This document shows positions 33,069-48,500 of a stretch of 64,000 bases of DNA, one piece after another (the stretch's first letter is position 1; each line of letters opens with the position of its first letter). The notes under the pieces are model-generated. The model worked only from the letters and a program-made list of their open reading frames with translations. It searched no databases and was not told where the DNA came from. The position numbers and the translations under genes were made by a program. This stretch comes from Bugula neritina (Eukaryota; Animalia; Bryozoa): the NCBI GenBank assembly GCA_964035545.1, contig OZ037766.1, forward strand, positions 806,001 to 870,000. The letters run 5' to 3'.

Positions 33069-36000
33069 ATGGCAGACTCTAGAATAATAAAGAAAAAACT
33101 CAATGACTCATACAGATGTGGATACTGCAAGCAGAACTTTCATAAACTTGGAGATCCCAGAACCCTGCCCTGTCTACATGTCTACTGTATGAGGTGTTTG
33201 CAGACGGATATTGGCTACAGGAAAGATCACATAAAGTGTGCATATTGTGGGTGAGTTACTGTCAGCCCACAAACAATATGACTTACTGTTTATAATTTCT
33301 AATATGTAACACTGTAATCAATTCTCTGAACAAGTGATTAGATTTGTATATTACTAATTGCTGTATTGATTGTTGGACAAACTATGTCAAAATTATGGTA
33401 CGCTGAAGCTAAAAAACTTTTTGGTGAGACATTTATTGAATACAACTTCTATGAAATTTTGTTTGCAGTAAGCAATTCTATTACATCACGGATCCCACAA
33501 CTCTACCAGTGGCTAAGCTGGGTGATGTTCTAGAATACAAAGCTCCTCCCAAACCTGCACCCATTCTCTGTGATGTGTGTGAGGATGGAACAGAAGCTGT
33601 AGTGTTCTGTGTAGAGAGTGAGAAGAAGTTGTGTGAACAGCATCAGCAGGTGAGTTGTGTGTTGACTGTAGCTACTAGTACAGGACATACTGATTCGAGT
33701 TATACTGTAGAATTCTCTTCTAGTCTCAGGAAAGACAGAGATATGTCATGACTGTATGTCTGTGTGTCTGTCGGTGTGTATAGTACAGCACACAGTCCTC
33801 TGTGCTGCTGTTATCACCTTACATTATATACCATCTAGTACTGTCAACCTGACTATCAATACCTTATATGCAAGCGCCAACCTACTAGCTGTGATTCATG
33901 ATTCAACCATGTTTTCTGTTGTCAGAACCATGAAGCACACTTGAAGACTTACATGAACACTACACACCAGTTTGTTCCCATTGACCTCTACACAGCATCT
34001 CCACAGCGCTACTCCGTTACTAACTGTGAACATCATGAACACCATCAGCTGATAGAGGCGTGTTCTCAGTGTCACCAGAGATTCTGTATTCGGTGTGACT
34101 CTAAGAGTGGATGTGGAAAAGTGGCAGGTGATTTCATTCTTTCAATTTTCTAACTTTGGCTGTTTATAACATCCACCAAGTTTGAGAAAGCATATCATAG
34201 TTTACATGAGAATAGCACGTGTTCCTGTGTGGCCACATGATAGAACTCTGTCTAAGGTAACCGATGCACTGAATGTCTTGAGGTGAATACTTGAATATTA
34301 TTTCAGGGAGAAAAGCAGCTTCTCACAACGTAACATCGTTGAATGATTTATCCCGTGAGCTGAGAGACAAACTGACTAAGGAAATGAAGATTCTGTCTGA
34401 GAAGATTTCAGAGTTGGATGACATATCAAAGGATGCCTGGAGACAGCTGAGTGAAATAGAAGATGATGTGAAGAAGATGTTTGCCAGAGTATATGCTACA
34501 GTTAATGCAAAGGTTGGCAGACATGTTTGTAGAGAATATAGATGACTATTATGTAATGTTTCTCCCATTCCAAGAAACTATGTATTTATCATAATAATGT
34601 ATAGCTATTGTAATGAAGACTTCATACTATGTGTTAATTCTCTAATGTTATGCTGCAGTACAAAACTTCATATGTACTCAGAAATCAGCAGCCATTAAAC
34701 CATCACCATTTTGTGTGCAAGTAGCAGTAGTCATTCATCACGTGACACTTAGTGCAGGTGAACCTGTCAATACAGGTGACTCACTCATCCTTCTGCAACT
34801 GTCAATCACTCACACAGGGAGGTTGGCTGTGTGAGTGATTGACAGGAAGGATGAGGAGACTAGTCACATGATGTACTAGCAGTCTGCTATGTATAGAGTG
34901 TCACATGACTGAGTCACTGTGTGTCTACTCAGTGGGTGGTCTGTCAGCTGTCACTCTCATGTCAAATGTAGAGGTTGTGAGGTGCAGATGTGGTTATAAT
35001 GTGTTACTATTTATTAGATAGAAAAGATTAGAAAGAGAGGTGAGGAACTGAAGGATGAATTATCAGAATATCTGAGAAGCAGCACAGAGATGGTGGTTAA
35101 TTATAGATATGACCTGGCAGTGAAACATGGTGTTGATAAGTTGTCTCTGGTGGACAGAGTACAACATGCAGTTGATAAGTTCAATGATGCAGGCATTGTG
35201 AGAGACTACAAAGAGATGAGTGAGAAGATGAAAAAGGCTTTAGACATCAGTATGGTAGAGAAATGTTCTGTTCCTCGCAAATTTCTGGCATCTGCAAGTA
35301 TGTAGAATTATTAAACAGAATTCATCTCCACAAATTCAGAATTTATTCACAGCTTTCCACTTGCAGATTTTGATAAGCTTTTTTCTCAAATAGTTCACCA
35401 TTGGAAGCTGAAAAGTAAAAAATTAAGTTCGTGTATTTTATGTTGATATTCATTAGTGATTAGAATATTAACTAGTGTTATTTCTACTCTCACATTATGA
35501 GACATTTCTGCAGTGTTTCAGAGTTTATGATGTATAAGTGAGCTGCTAAACTGTGTTATGCTGACTACCTGCTGTCAGTATTAACAAAACACTCTCTACC
35601 TGTGCAGGTGATGAGATTCTCAAGTTATAGAATTGTTATTTTGTTGTTGCAGACAGTGAAGACAGTCTGGGACTGAAGTTGGTGGGAGTTGGTACAGCAC
35701 CAGCTTCTCTACAGTCTGATGGACTTCCTGTACGTGGCTGGTGTGCGAGAGTAAACATCTCAGCTGATGGACATCTCATGTGTCGGACACTAGAAGGTGT
35801 AGAAGTAATAAATAGAGAGACTCTGGATACTATCAGCTCAGTGAAACACACTAACGCTACAGAGTGGTGGGAGATAATCCAACCTGAAGGGGTGATGGTT
35901 GGCAGCTGGTATAACAAGAAGGAGAAATCAGCTGAAGTCTCACTTCTTGATCCGAACTCCTTTAAGAAGTCTCGCTCTCTCTACAAGCAGTCAGTAGTTG

Positions 36001-37509
36001 AACCCACTTACTATAGAATAGCTCAGCACCTCTCTCTAGTGTATATTGTAGATTACAGAGAGAAACAGCTGGTAGTCTATAATCTAGTTGACAACAAAAT
36101 ACAGAAGTTCCCAGTTCCTGAGATGAAGTTCCCTGCACCTGTATGCATCCTCCCAGACTCAACTCTCCTCATAGGAGACCACACTGAAGATGGTAAAGTG
36201 AGAAGATATAAAGTGGAGAACACAACTCTCACTCTGATGTGGGAATTCCCTCACATCTCAGACCTATCTGGTATTTCCTTTGATCCAACATCTGAACTGA
36301 TTCACATCTGTACATGGGAAGGACCTCTCCTCATCCTCTCACTTGAAGGTAAATACTCTGTTTATTATAGTAAGTTTAGTTACTTTAATACAGGGCTGTT
36401 CAACAGGCGGCCCCAGGGCTGGTTGTGACCCCCTGTATACATTTCTGTGCCCCTCCAAGGCATAACACATGAGATTATATTGCACATGTATATGAATTAC
36501 AGTAGAAAAAACAACCTTTTAAATGCCTTATTTATACACATGCTACATACATGCAGCCTGCAGTAACTGTTAGGATTTCATTATGTAATGAGTCATGAAT
36601 AGGAATTTGGAATAAATTTAAAGTTTACAATGGCTCCCCCTACTGGAATATTCCATTTCAGTGGTCCTCTCTCCGAAATGGTTAGACACCCCTGCTTTAT
36701 TGCAATTTAGTGATATTTTATTCTAGTAATATCACAGGCTATATCATGATATTGTTAGTAAATACTTGGCTCTGAGGCTAATTTATAATAAATAGTATTT
36801 CATGGAAGTGTTTTACAGTAATTTTAGAGGTGCTCAGTCTAACAACTGTACAGACTGCCAGCTACACATGAGTTATGAGTTGTAGTTTGACTTCAGTCTA
36901 GTGCTGCTATTGTTTTGGTCATCAGATAATTTAGAGATAAATAATTTGATACTTTTTGACTGCCATTACTGAGACTATTGTAATTTGATGATGGCTGGTA
37001 GAGCAGTGTTTGCTGGTGGGACTCAGGTGGCTGTGGTTGGTTCTTGTCAAGTATTTAATATGTGATAATGTTGGAGTATATCTTATATTATGTAATTATT
37101 TATAATTATATTAGCTGAGCACTAAGTTTGTATGTTGAGTTTCTTCTCTCCATGTTGTCATTTATTATGAAGTAAAGAGTGGAGCAGCTCAGTGAATTAT
37201 TCAATACTGACTGGTAGAAGTGCAGCTGCAGGTATATTATTGAACATATTTCAGTTACTATATTATACTAGAAAGTATAGAAACTGCATGTAGTTGTGTC
37301 GGCTGTTGTGATGTCACTGTAGTCTGTCTGTTTGTCTCAAACTGATACAATCTGGTGTTATTCTATTTACAGGGAGACTGATGGTAAGAATTCCCAGAGA
37401 AAGTCTTGGTGTGACTGACTGGGTGTGTGGCATTGCTGTGTATAACAGAGACAAGGTGTTTCTAGGATGCGGAGATGATGGACTGAGGAGATACACAATA
37501 AAATACTAA
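33069..37509 (+). CDS. TRIM-like E3 ligase (RING, two B-boxes, coiled coil, C-terminal NHL-like beta-propeller); exons about 33069-33250, 33469-33649, 33926-34127, 34307-34512, 35018-35297, 35653-36348, 37373-37509
   Basis: RING CGYC...LPCLHVYCMRC...CAYC; B-box CDVCED...VFC...LCEQH; second B-box CEHH...CSQC...CIRC; helical charged exons; beta-rich repeat exon; GT-AG junctions that keep frame where checked. Confidence 0.85.
36391..36694. mobile_element. hAT-like MITE in a TRIM intron
   Basis: CAGGGCTGTTCAAC...GTTAGACACCCCTG termini; imperfect 8-bp flanks CTTTAATA/CTTTATTG. Confidence 0.55.
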
Positions 37510-39813
37510 ACTTATCAGCTACAGTTTACTACTAATCAGCTCAGTGAGGTCATCAATACACACACATAGTATACATGTCAAATATAATATATTGTGTTCT
37601 ACTCACAGTGTAATAATACTTCAGTATAATATTATATATTCCACAGGACTTACACTGCTTATATGTAGTATTTAATGTTGATTAGTAAATATTATGTAAC
37701 ATATTTACTCTGCTATGCTGTCACTACTCTGTAGTCATATTTACTCAATAAAGTTTGCTTGTTTCTGACTGGTTAATGACTCATCTACCTACCTAGTCAT
37801 AATAATTTAGATTTAATTTTCTCTCTACAACGGTAGCTCTTTTATTTGAGAGGTAAATAATGAGTGTGTTTCAGCTCAACATGAGTCTAGTTACTTCCTC
37901 ATCAAGTAATAGCTGTATATAACTTGTGAGTTTAAATGGCTGGTACAGAGTAGATCAAATATTCCTGCAGATATCATGTGTTTTATAAGTATTGTATATA
38001 AAAAGAGTTACTGTAATAAATTGTAGAACTGCAGCTATTCTTAGCAAGTTTTTCCTTCAATAGTTTATTAATAGCCTCAGAAACTATATTATGTAGTTTG
38101 TGTGTGAATATGTCCCAGTATGTGGGAGTTGCTGTTTGTTGGTAAAAGACAACTCCAATCTCACCAATTATCCATGTTTAGGGTATACCACACTTTGCCG
38201 TAACATAAAATGTCAGCCATATTTTTACAAGTGTTCGAGTTTCTTGTACGGCGTTGTGGTACGTTAAGATCTAGCACTGTTTGTTTCAAAAAAATTGTGG
38301 CCGGCTCCTATTGGACAGGCAGACATTCGCCTCACTTCATTGGATATAAATGAAGTGTCATAGATCGTACCTAGTAGCGCACTTTGAGAACTTCAGTCAG
38401 ACATTTTAAAAATGGCTGACATTTTACGTTACGGCCTACGGTGTGGCAGAGTGTGTCCAGGGGGATAGTCTAACTGTCATACTGAAGTCAGTACCAGTGT
38501 AAGACAACTCCAGTAATTTAATTTAAATTTATCTTGTTTCGGTATTTATATCATGTATAAGCAACCCGAGTGCAGTAGTTTGGGAGATTGAGTTTGAAGT
38601 TGGGGGTTTGGGGTTTCCAGTCTAATCCCTTAACTCTACACTTGAGAACCACAAACTTGTTGCACCTGATCACCCCCAACTCGGAGCTGCTTATAGAAAG
38701 CTTATTTTCTTGTATATGCACCATGCAGTGTGTGCTCTGCAATGCTTCACAACTAATATTATATTATTGTCCAAGCCTGTCACGTGACTTACATTATGGT
38801 TGTAGGATTGCATTGTTAAACTTGGTGTACATGTTCCTCCCTACTAAGTTCCTCTAATAATAGTGTAATAATGTACTTCCATTAGCTGATTGTGTAAAGC
38901 AAACTAGTATTACTATTTGTTAGATGAGCAACAAGTGAAATTGCTGTGTTGTTGCTAGAATTGTGAAGGAGTTAAATTGAGTAACTTCCTGTGCCATCAT
39001 AAGGATACAAATAGCTATCATGGAGGTTCAACTGAATAGCTTCCAGTTTTTCTGGTCAGGAAAAGCACCACACAAGTGGCTTACAAATCATTTTGTTTTA
39101 TTATGCAAATAACCAGTGTAACCTCAACTTGACTTTACTAACTCCTCTGTGTGCCCTTCCTCTACTCTGTATTTAATTCACCAGTATCTGTTTAGTATCT
39201 GTCTTTGTATTTAGACACATGAAAAGCATGTCTAGCCATCACCAGCAATATTTCTATATTTCATTCCCATTCAAAAGGTAGAACATGAGATGCATTAAGA
39301 ACATTGTATCAAATACCAATATTGTGAATAACTAAATTAGTGCATTTTTAATAAAATCAAAAACATCAAATACAAATAATCAATTGTAGCATATTATTGC
39401 ATAGAAATATGATCCCAAAACTTGCATAAAATATTTTATATATAAAACCCTAAAACATTGTTCATAGCTCAACATGAAATAGAAATAATAAAAATATATA
39501 TTCTATAGCCAATATAAATGTTACGAGATATGCTAGTCACTAGATATGTACTATTAACTATATACAAACATGGATACTGTTTCAATATATTTACCTGCTA
39601 AAAGTACAGGTAAATAATATGACATAAGAATATTATACATTTCAGATCTTGATACTCACTATGCTAATTGTAAATAGAGAGAATATTTAATGATTACTCC
39701 ACAATGTAAACATTCTAAGCTGAGAACTACATCCACATTGTCACATACTGATAATTTATTTCTCTAGCAATGTCAGTGTTTCCATAGCAACAATATTTCA
39801 AACAAAGTAGACT

Positions 39814-42660
<2,847 letters not shown>

Positions 42661-43224
42661 TACTTGCCAACACCCAACAGGATTTTGTAGAGTCTAAGAC
42701 CGATATAAAAATAGATAGCTTGAGTTTGGACTATAGTCTAAGTGAGAGCCACAAGTTGTGTGCATACAGTCACTGTCTGCGGGTATTACCACTAACATTA
42801 GAGAGCAGGTTATAATACCTCTAAGTGTACTACTATTCCACCAGCACCATATTGCTAAATTTTCAAATTTATTATATTATGAACTAATGATTAAATTATA
42901 TTACATTCATACTGATACTCATATTTTAAGTTATATCACAATGATAATAACTAATAATAATAATTAATAATTTAAATAATATAATTAAATAACATAATGA
43001 TAACCATGCAGTGCGTAATTATCATTGTGATAATAATGATGCACCATGATGAGTATGTTGATCAAGATGAAATGTAAACAACATAGAATTAAATAACAAT
43101 AGTCATAGTACTAATAATTGATTACAATTTACACTTTGAAAACCAGAAATAAAAACTGATAAACAATTAGTTTTCCTTTTAATTTTACCTTTAAATTTAT
43201 TTCTAACTTTTAGTTTTAGCAAAT

Positions 43225-43690
43225 TTAAATAACTACTAGTAATAGTATTACTATAAGTTTTACTTTCACTTTGATTTCTACAATCACACCGACACTCACA
43301 GTCACACTGAGTTTGACATTTAGATTTACAATGCCGGTTGCATTCGACATTACATATACTGATGGTGATAGCGATACTGATAGTGTTAAACTTAATGTTA
43401 TCACATTCATACTCATACTGATACTCAGACTGATACTCAGACCGATACTCATACTGATACTCATACTTACTCTTAGTCTAAGTCTTATACTTAATCTTAT
43501 AGTTATACTTATAGTTATACTAATTCTTAGTGATACTCATAACCTAAACCATACTTATACTATAGCCATACACACACTCAGAACTGTCACTCACACTATG
43601 ACTCAGTGTGAGTGTAACACTGGCACTGAGTCTGACACAGTCAACTGACTGTGAGTGACACTGACAGTGAGTGTGACTCAGACTGCGCTA
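43225..43690. repeat. Low-complexity degenerate hexamer tract (ATACTC/ATACTG/CTTATA-type)
   Basis: Imperfect 6-bp periodicity that generates spurious ILILIL ORFs. Confidence 0.7.
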
Positions 43691-45507
43691 GTGATTCAGA
43701 TTGAGATTGAATGAGAAAAGGGAAATCAATCATCAAAATACTTAGTACTTACAGTGGCTAAATAAATATTACCTCCTAAATATTTATTCCAATATTGCTT
43801 AATGGGGGAAAATTAGTAGTAGTGAAGTAATATCAGTATTAATGTCTAAAACAGATAGAAATTAGGTTTCTGTTATACGTTTTACAGCGAAATCTAGTTA
43901 ATTTTATTTTGGGTTACAATCCGGATATGCGCTGATGTCATCGAGCTGTGTGTGCTATGATGTCTTCTACAAAGCTAATCAAGATAAACCGTTCAGTTTA
44001 ATTAGTTGTTGAGCTTTGCAGGTAAAAGTCGTTCAACTATTTCCGCGTGCATCCTAGCTTTAGAGCAATAACAGACAGCACATGGCTTCCTGTTAGAATA
44101 CAGTTTTATTTTCATTTCACCTTAGGCTCGGCCTTGTGGATGGAGCACTGAGTCTGTAAGTAGCAGCTTAACTTTTTTGTTATAACTGTTACTACTAGCA
44201 TATTGTAATAATAAAAGACACAGCATGTATTTTTGTAAAGCTTCCTGATACGTTCCCATTGGCTATTCTTCCAGATCAACCTAAGTTAATCTTGAACTTG
44301 AAGATAAGAATAAAAACTAAAAGTTAAAATCAAATTCAAAATGAAAGTGTGCAGCATGAGCATCAGATTCATTGTGATTTTCAGTGTTAGTGTGGCTATG
44401 ATTATTGCTCTAAATGTCAGTGTTGCAGTGTGCGTATGAGCACGTGATTGTGTATGAATACAGATGTTACTGTAGATTTTAGTACTACTAGTACTAGTAG
44501 TAGTACTAATCACTAATGTCTAATAGTAATAGACATAGTAATACTATTAGTATTAGTATGCCACTAATAGTAATATCTAATATAACTAATAATACAACTA
44601 TAAGTTATAGAACCACCGATAACTTGTATCAGTAGGAGTCGGAGCAGTTCTAGGCGAAGTTTTAGTATTGTTGGTTATGCTCGTAAAACTAATCCAAGAT
44701 GAAGACTGCTTAATTAGTAACCATAGAAGTATCTATGCTTGTAACACTAACTATAGTAAATAGTGTGTTTAGTCAATGTTTGGATATCATATATGTTGTT
44801 TCTTTAATACTAATAGTATCACTATTACAAGGACTATCAATAGGAATGTGTATAAGAATAACTTTGGATATGAGTATATCTCATTAGACTAACAGTTACT
44901 AATAATTGCTAATACTTAGAAAGTTAAGTTTAATTATTATAATCATTATGATTATACTTATAGTAATAGTTATGCTTAGTAGTTGGAATAAATTACAATC
45001 AACAATTATAATAATTTCAGTAACAATTTAGAGAGAAAGCTTATTTATCAGGGGTTGTCTGTGTGCATTGTTAATTTAACTACCTTGTTATAAAGATTTA
45101 GATTTATTGCAAACAGGATGTAACAGCAATGTGAAACTATTAGTAATGCAAACTAACCAACAAGCTAATAGATAATGTATTATAATTATACTACAGTGAC
45201 ATGAACATTACAATACTGACAAGGAAAAATTAATTAATAACAAATGATTTATAATTAAAAATATTTTAAAATAAAATAACTGTGAGATTATGCTGGTATG
45301 CTCTGTAGTATTCACCTATTGCACTGTCTTCTTATTGCTAAGAATACCTCTCTGTTTCTGATATTACTTGTTATACAATGTCTTGTACTGCTACTAATAT
45401 TTCTCTCTCCTCTGAGAAGATTCGGCTCTGTTGCTTTTACCGAAACTCTGTTGTTGAAAACTCTCCTAAAAGACTAAGGCTCTTTGCTTTGTATTTGGCA
45501 GTGAGGG

Positions 45508-48500
45508 ATGGCACATCCTGAGATATACGCCAACCGTGATGGAACTGAATCTATCTCTACTATGTGGGTGGAAGATAAGCGTCTGCTGTGTCGCAGGTTA
45601 GATGCGAAACACAGGTGGAAAGATTTGGGTGCGTAGTTTTCTTGAATTTTCTTCGTACATTTTTTATACGAAACCTGAAAAAAATGCTATAATTATTCGT
45701 GCTTATTGTTGAGCAAACACTTGAGTGCCTACAGTGAAGTGATCCCGTATTTACTGCATTCTGACCAGCTGAAGCGCCTATGGCCTCACCAGCTGACACT
45801 TCTAGTGGGGGCTCGACTCATCTCCCACCTGTGCAATTTCTTGATATTTCGTCTGTGATTAGTAGTCAGTGACTCATATTATATCAGATTAGTAATCAGT
45901 GAGTCATGTTATCCCGGCAGCCAGTCACCAAGACCTGCGTCTGACACAAGATGACGTGCTGCTACTGAGTCAAGCATCTCCGAGAGAGAGTCCATCTGAA
46001 GGTCTGTTCAACCGTATGACAGAGAAGAGGACGAACATGCTGGAGCTGTATGCGTACCTCCACCAGGCAGATCTGCTGGCTGTTATGAACATAGTCCAGA
46101 AATACAGTCAGTGTTTACATATTGATTGCGGTGTTGGGCTGTTTTAAGTAGTTCTATATACTATTGTAGTAACATCTCTGAGCAGAAGATGGTGGAGTTG
46201 ATGTATGCTAGTTATTGCATTGCATTGCTAGTTTTGCATTGTACATAAAACATATTATTTTAGTGTAGCGTTTATTTCTGTAAACAAATAACTGTATTCA
46301 CATGAAGTATTATATTATGGTGTAGTGTGATGTCATAGGAATGGAGTAGTGTGATGTCATAGGAATGGCGTAGTGTGATGTCATAGGAATGGCGTAGTGT
46401 GATGTCATAATAATGGCGTAGTGGGATGTCATAGGAATGGTGTAGTGTGATGTCATAGGAATGGCGTAGTGTGATGTCATAGGAAGGACATAATGACATA
46501 TCACAGGAAGTGTTTTTATAGCCTTCCATAGTTGTATGGTGTAGACTCTAGTAAGTAAATAGCCTGTGAGTCTATGTTACCATTAGGTAGTGTTTGTGGG
46601 ACATGTTCTTGTAGCCTCCTACTGTGTATACAGCTGTGAAAATGTGTGCTTGTATTTACAGTCCCACCTCATTATCATGTGTCTTCAGAGACTGATATGT
46701 TACATGACCCTTTGGGAGAGGGCAACTCCTTAGGTAAGTGTTTTCATGTGATATTTTAGCTTGTTGATTCCTAAGAGACACTCATTCAAATGACAGGATT
46801 GTATCTCCATTAGCCAGTCCTTAGAATTTCTTATTTCCTGCCAGGTGTATATCGTAAGCTAGCTTGTTATATATTACTTCCTTCAAAAAGAAATTTCTCC
46901 TAATAGCGTACGTTAACTAACTGATTACATCAAATATTCCATCATTGCATTTAAAAGCCAAGCAATATATGATAGGTACTTAGTAATAACCAATCAGAAC
47001 ACTTCTACCAGTTGAATAAATCATCATGAAATAATGACTTCATCCTTCAAGTATCTCTAGACACTCATTACGTTCACAAGTACCTCTATCTCACATGACT
47101 CATACATGTTCTGTCAGCGCCTCCTGTGCCAGCCCCGCCCCCTCCTCTCAGTCCGCTGCCGGCTGCCAACCAGAGTCCCATGAGTCTGCTGGCCCCTCAA
47201 GACCTCCACCAAGCTGGTTTACACAACAGTTTACCTGGTCTGTCTCTGGATGACGGCGGTATGTGTCACTATTACCTTGTACAGTGTGTCACCTTGTACA
47301 GTGTGTCACCTTGTACAGTGTGTCACCTTGTACTCTGTGTCACTATTACCTTGTACAGTGTGTCACTATTACCTTGTACAGTGTGTCACCTTGTACAGTG
47401 TGTCACCTTGTACTCTGTGTCACTATTACCTTGTACAGTGTGTCACCTTGTACTCTGTGTCACTATTACATTGTACAGTGTGTCACCTTGTATTGTGTGT
47501 CATCTTGTACAGTGTGTCACATTGTACAGTGTGTCACATTACCTTCTACAATGTGACACTATTACCCTGTACAGTGTGTCACCTTGTACTGTGTGTCATC
47601 TTGTACAGTGTGTCACCTTGTCTTGTGTGTCACCTTGTATCGTGTGTCACTATTACCTTGTACAGTGTGTCACTTTGTACTGTGTGTCAGATGTGACCTT
47701 GACCTAGTTGTGTAGGTCACAGCATACAGCAGGAACTGGACTCTATGCAGATCCGAGCCGCCCACACCATCATGGCCACCAGAAACTTTGACATAGCAGA
47801 CATCTTGAAAGCCACCAACAACTTTGACGAGCAATATATGATAGCGAAGGGTGCGTATAGCTCGGTCTACAAGGTGAACCTGATGAATACTGACTTCGCA
47901 GCTAAAGTTTACGTGAGTATTTCTATATGGTGTTTGGTATAGTGTATTATATAGTATGCAGTAAGGTAACTGTGTGTACACAATATCATACTTACCATCA
48001 CAGTAGCTATGAGTGTACACAATATCATACTTACCATCACAGTAGCTATGTGTGTACACAATACCATACTTACCATCACAGTAGCTATGTGTGTACACAA
48101 TACCATACTTACCATCACAGTAGCTGTGTCTGTACACAATATCATACTTACCATCACAGTAGCTATGTCTGTACACAATGTCATACTTACCATCACAGTG
48201 ACTGTGTGTGTACACAATATCATACTTACCATCACAGTGACTGTGTGTGTACACAATACCATAATTTTTGTAGGATTTGGACTACAACTCTGTAAAATCT
48301 GACCTTCAGGAAACGAGACTGTAAGTTACTAGGACTATATTAGTATACTGTTACTAGGACTATATTAGTATACTGTTACTAGGACTATATTAGTATAATG
48401 TTACTAGGACTATATTAGTATAATGTTACTAGGACTATATTAGTATACTGTTACTAGGACTATATTAGTATACTGTTACTAGGACTATATTAGTATACTG

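Noticed and set aside
35609-35652. Alternative TRIM acceptor at 35608
   Set aside because: Gives an in-frame TAG after 7 codons; the acceptor at 35652 keeps the frame.
43225-48302. Hydrophobic or Cys/His-rich ORFs at 43225-43648, 46272-46529, 47250-47696 and 47670-48302
   Set aside because: Translations of low-complexity DNA and intronic minisatellites.
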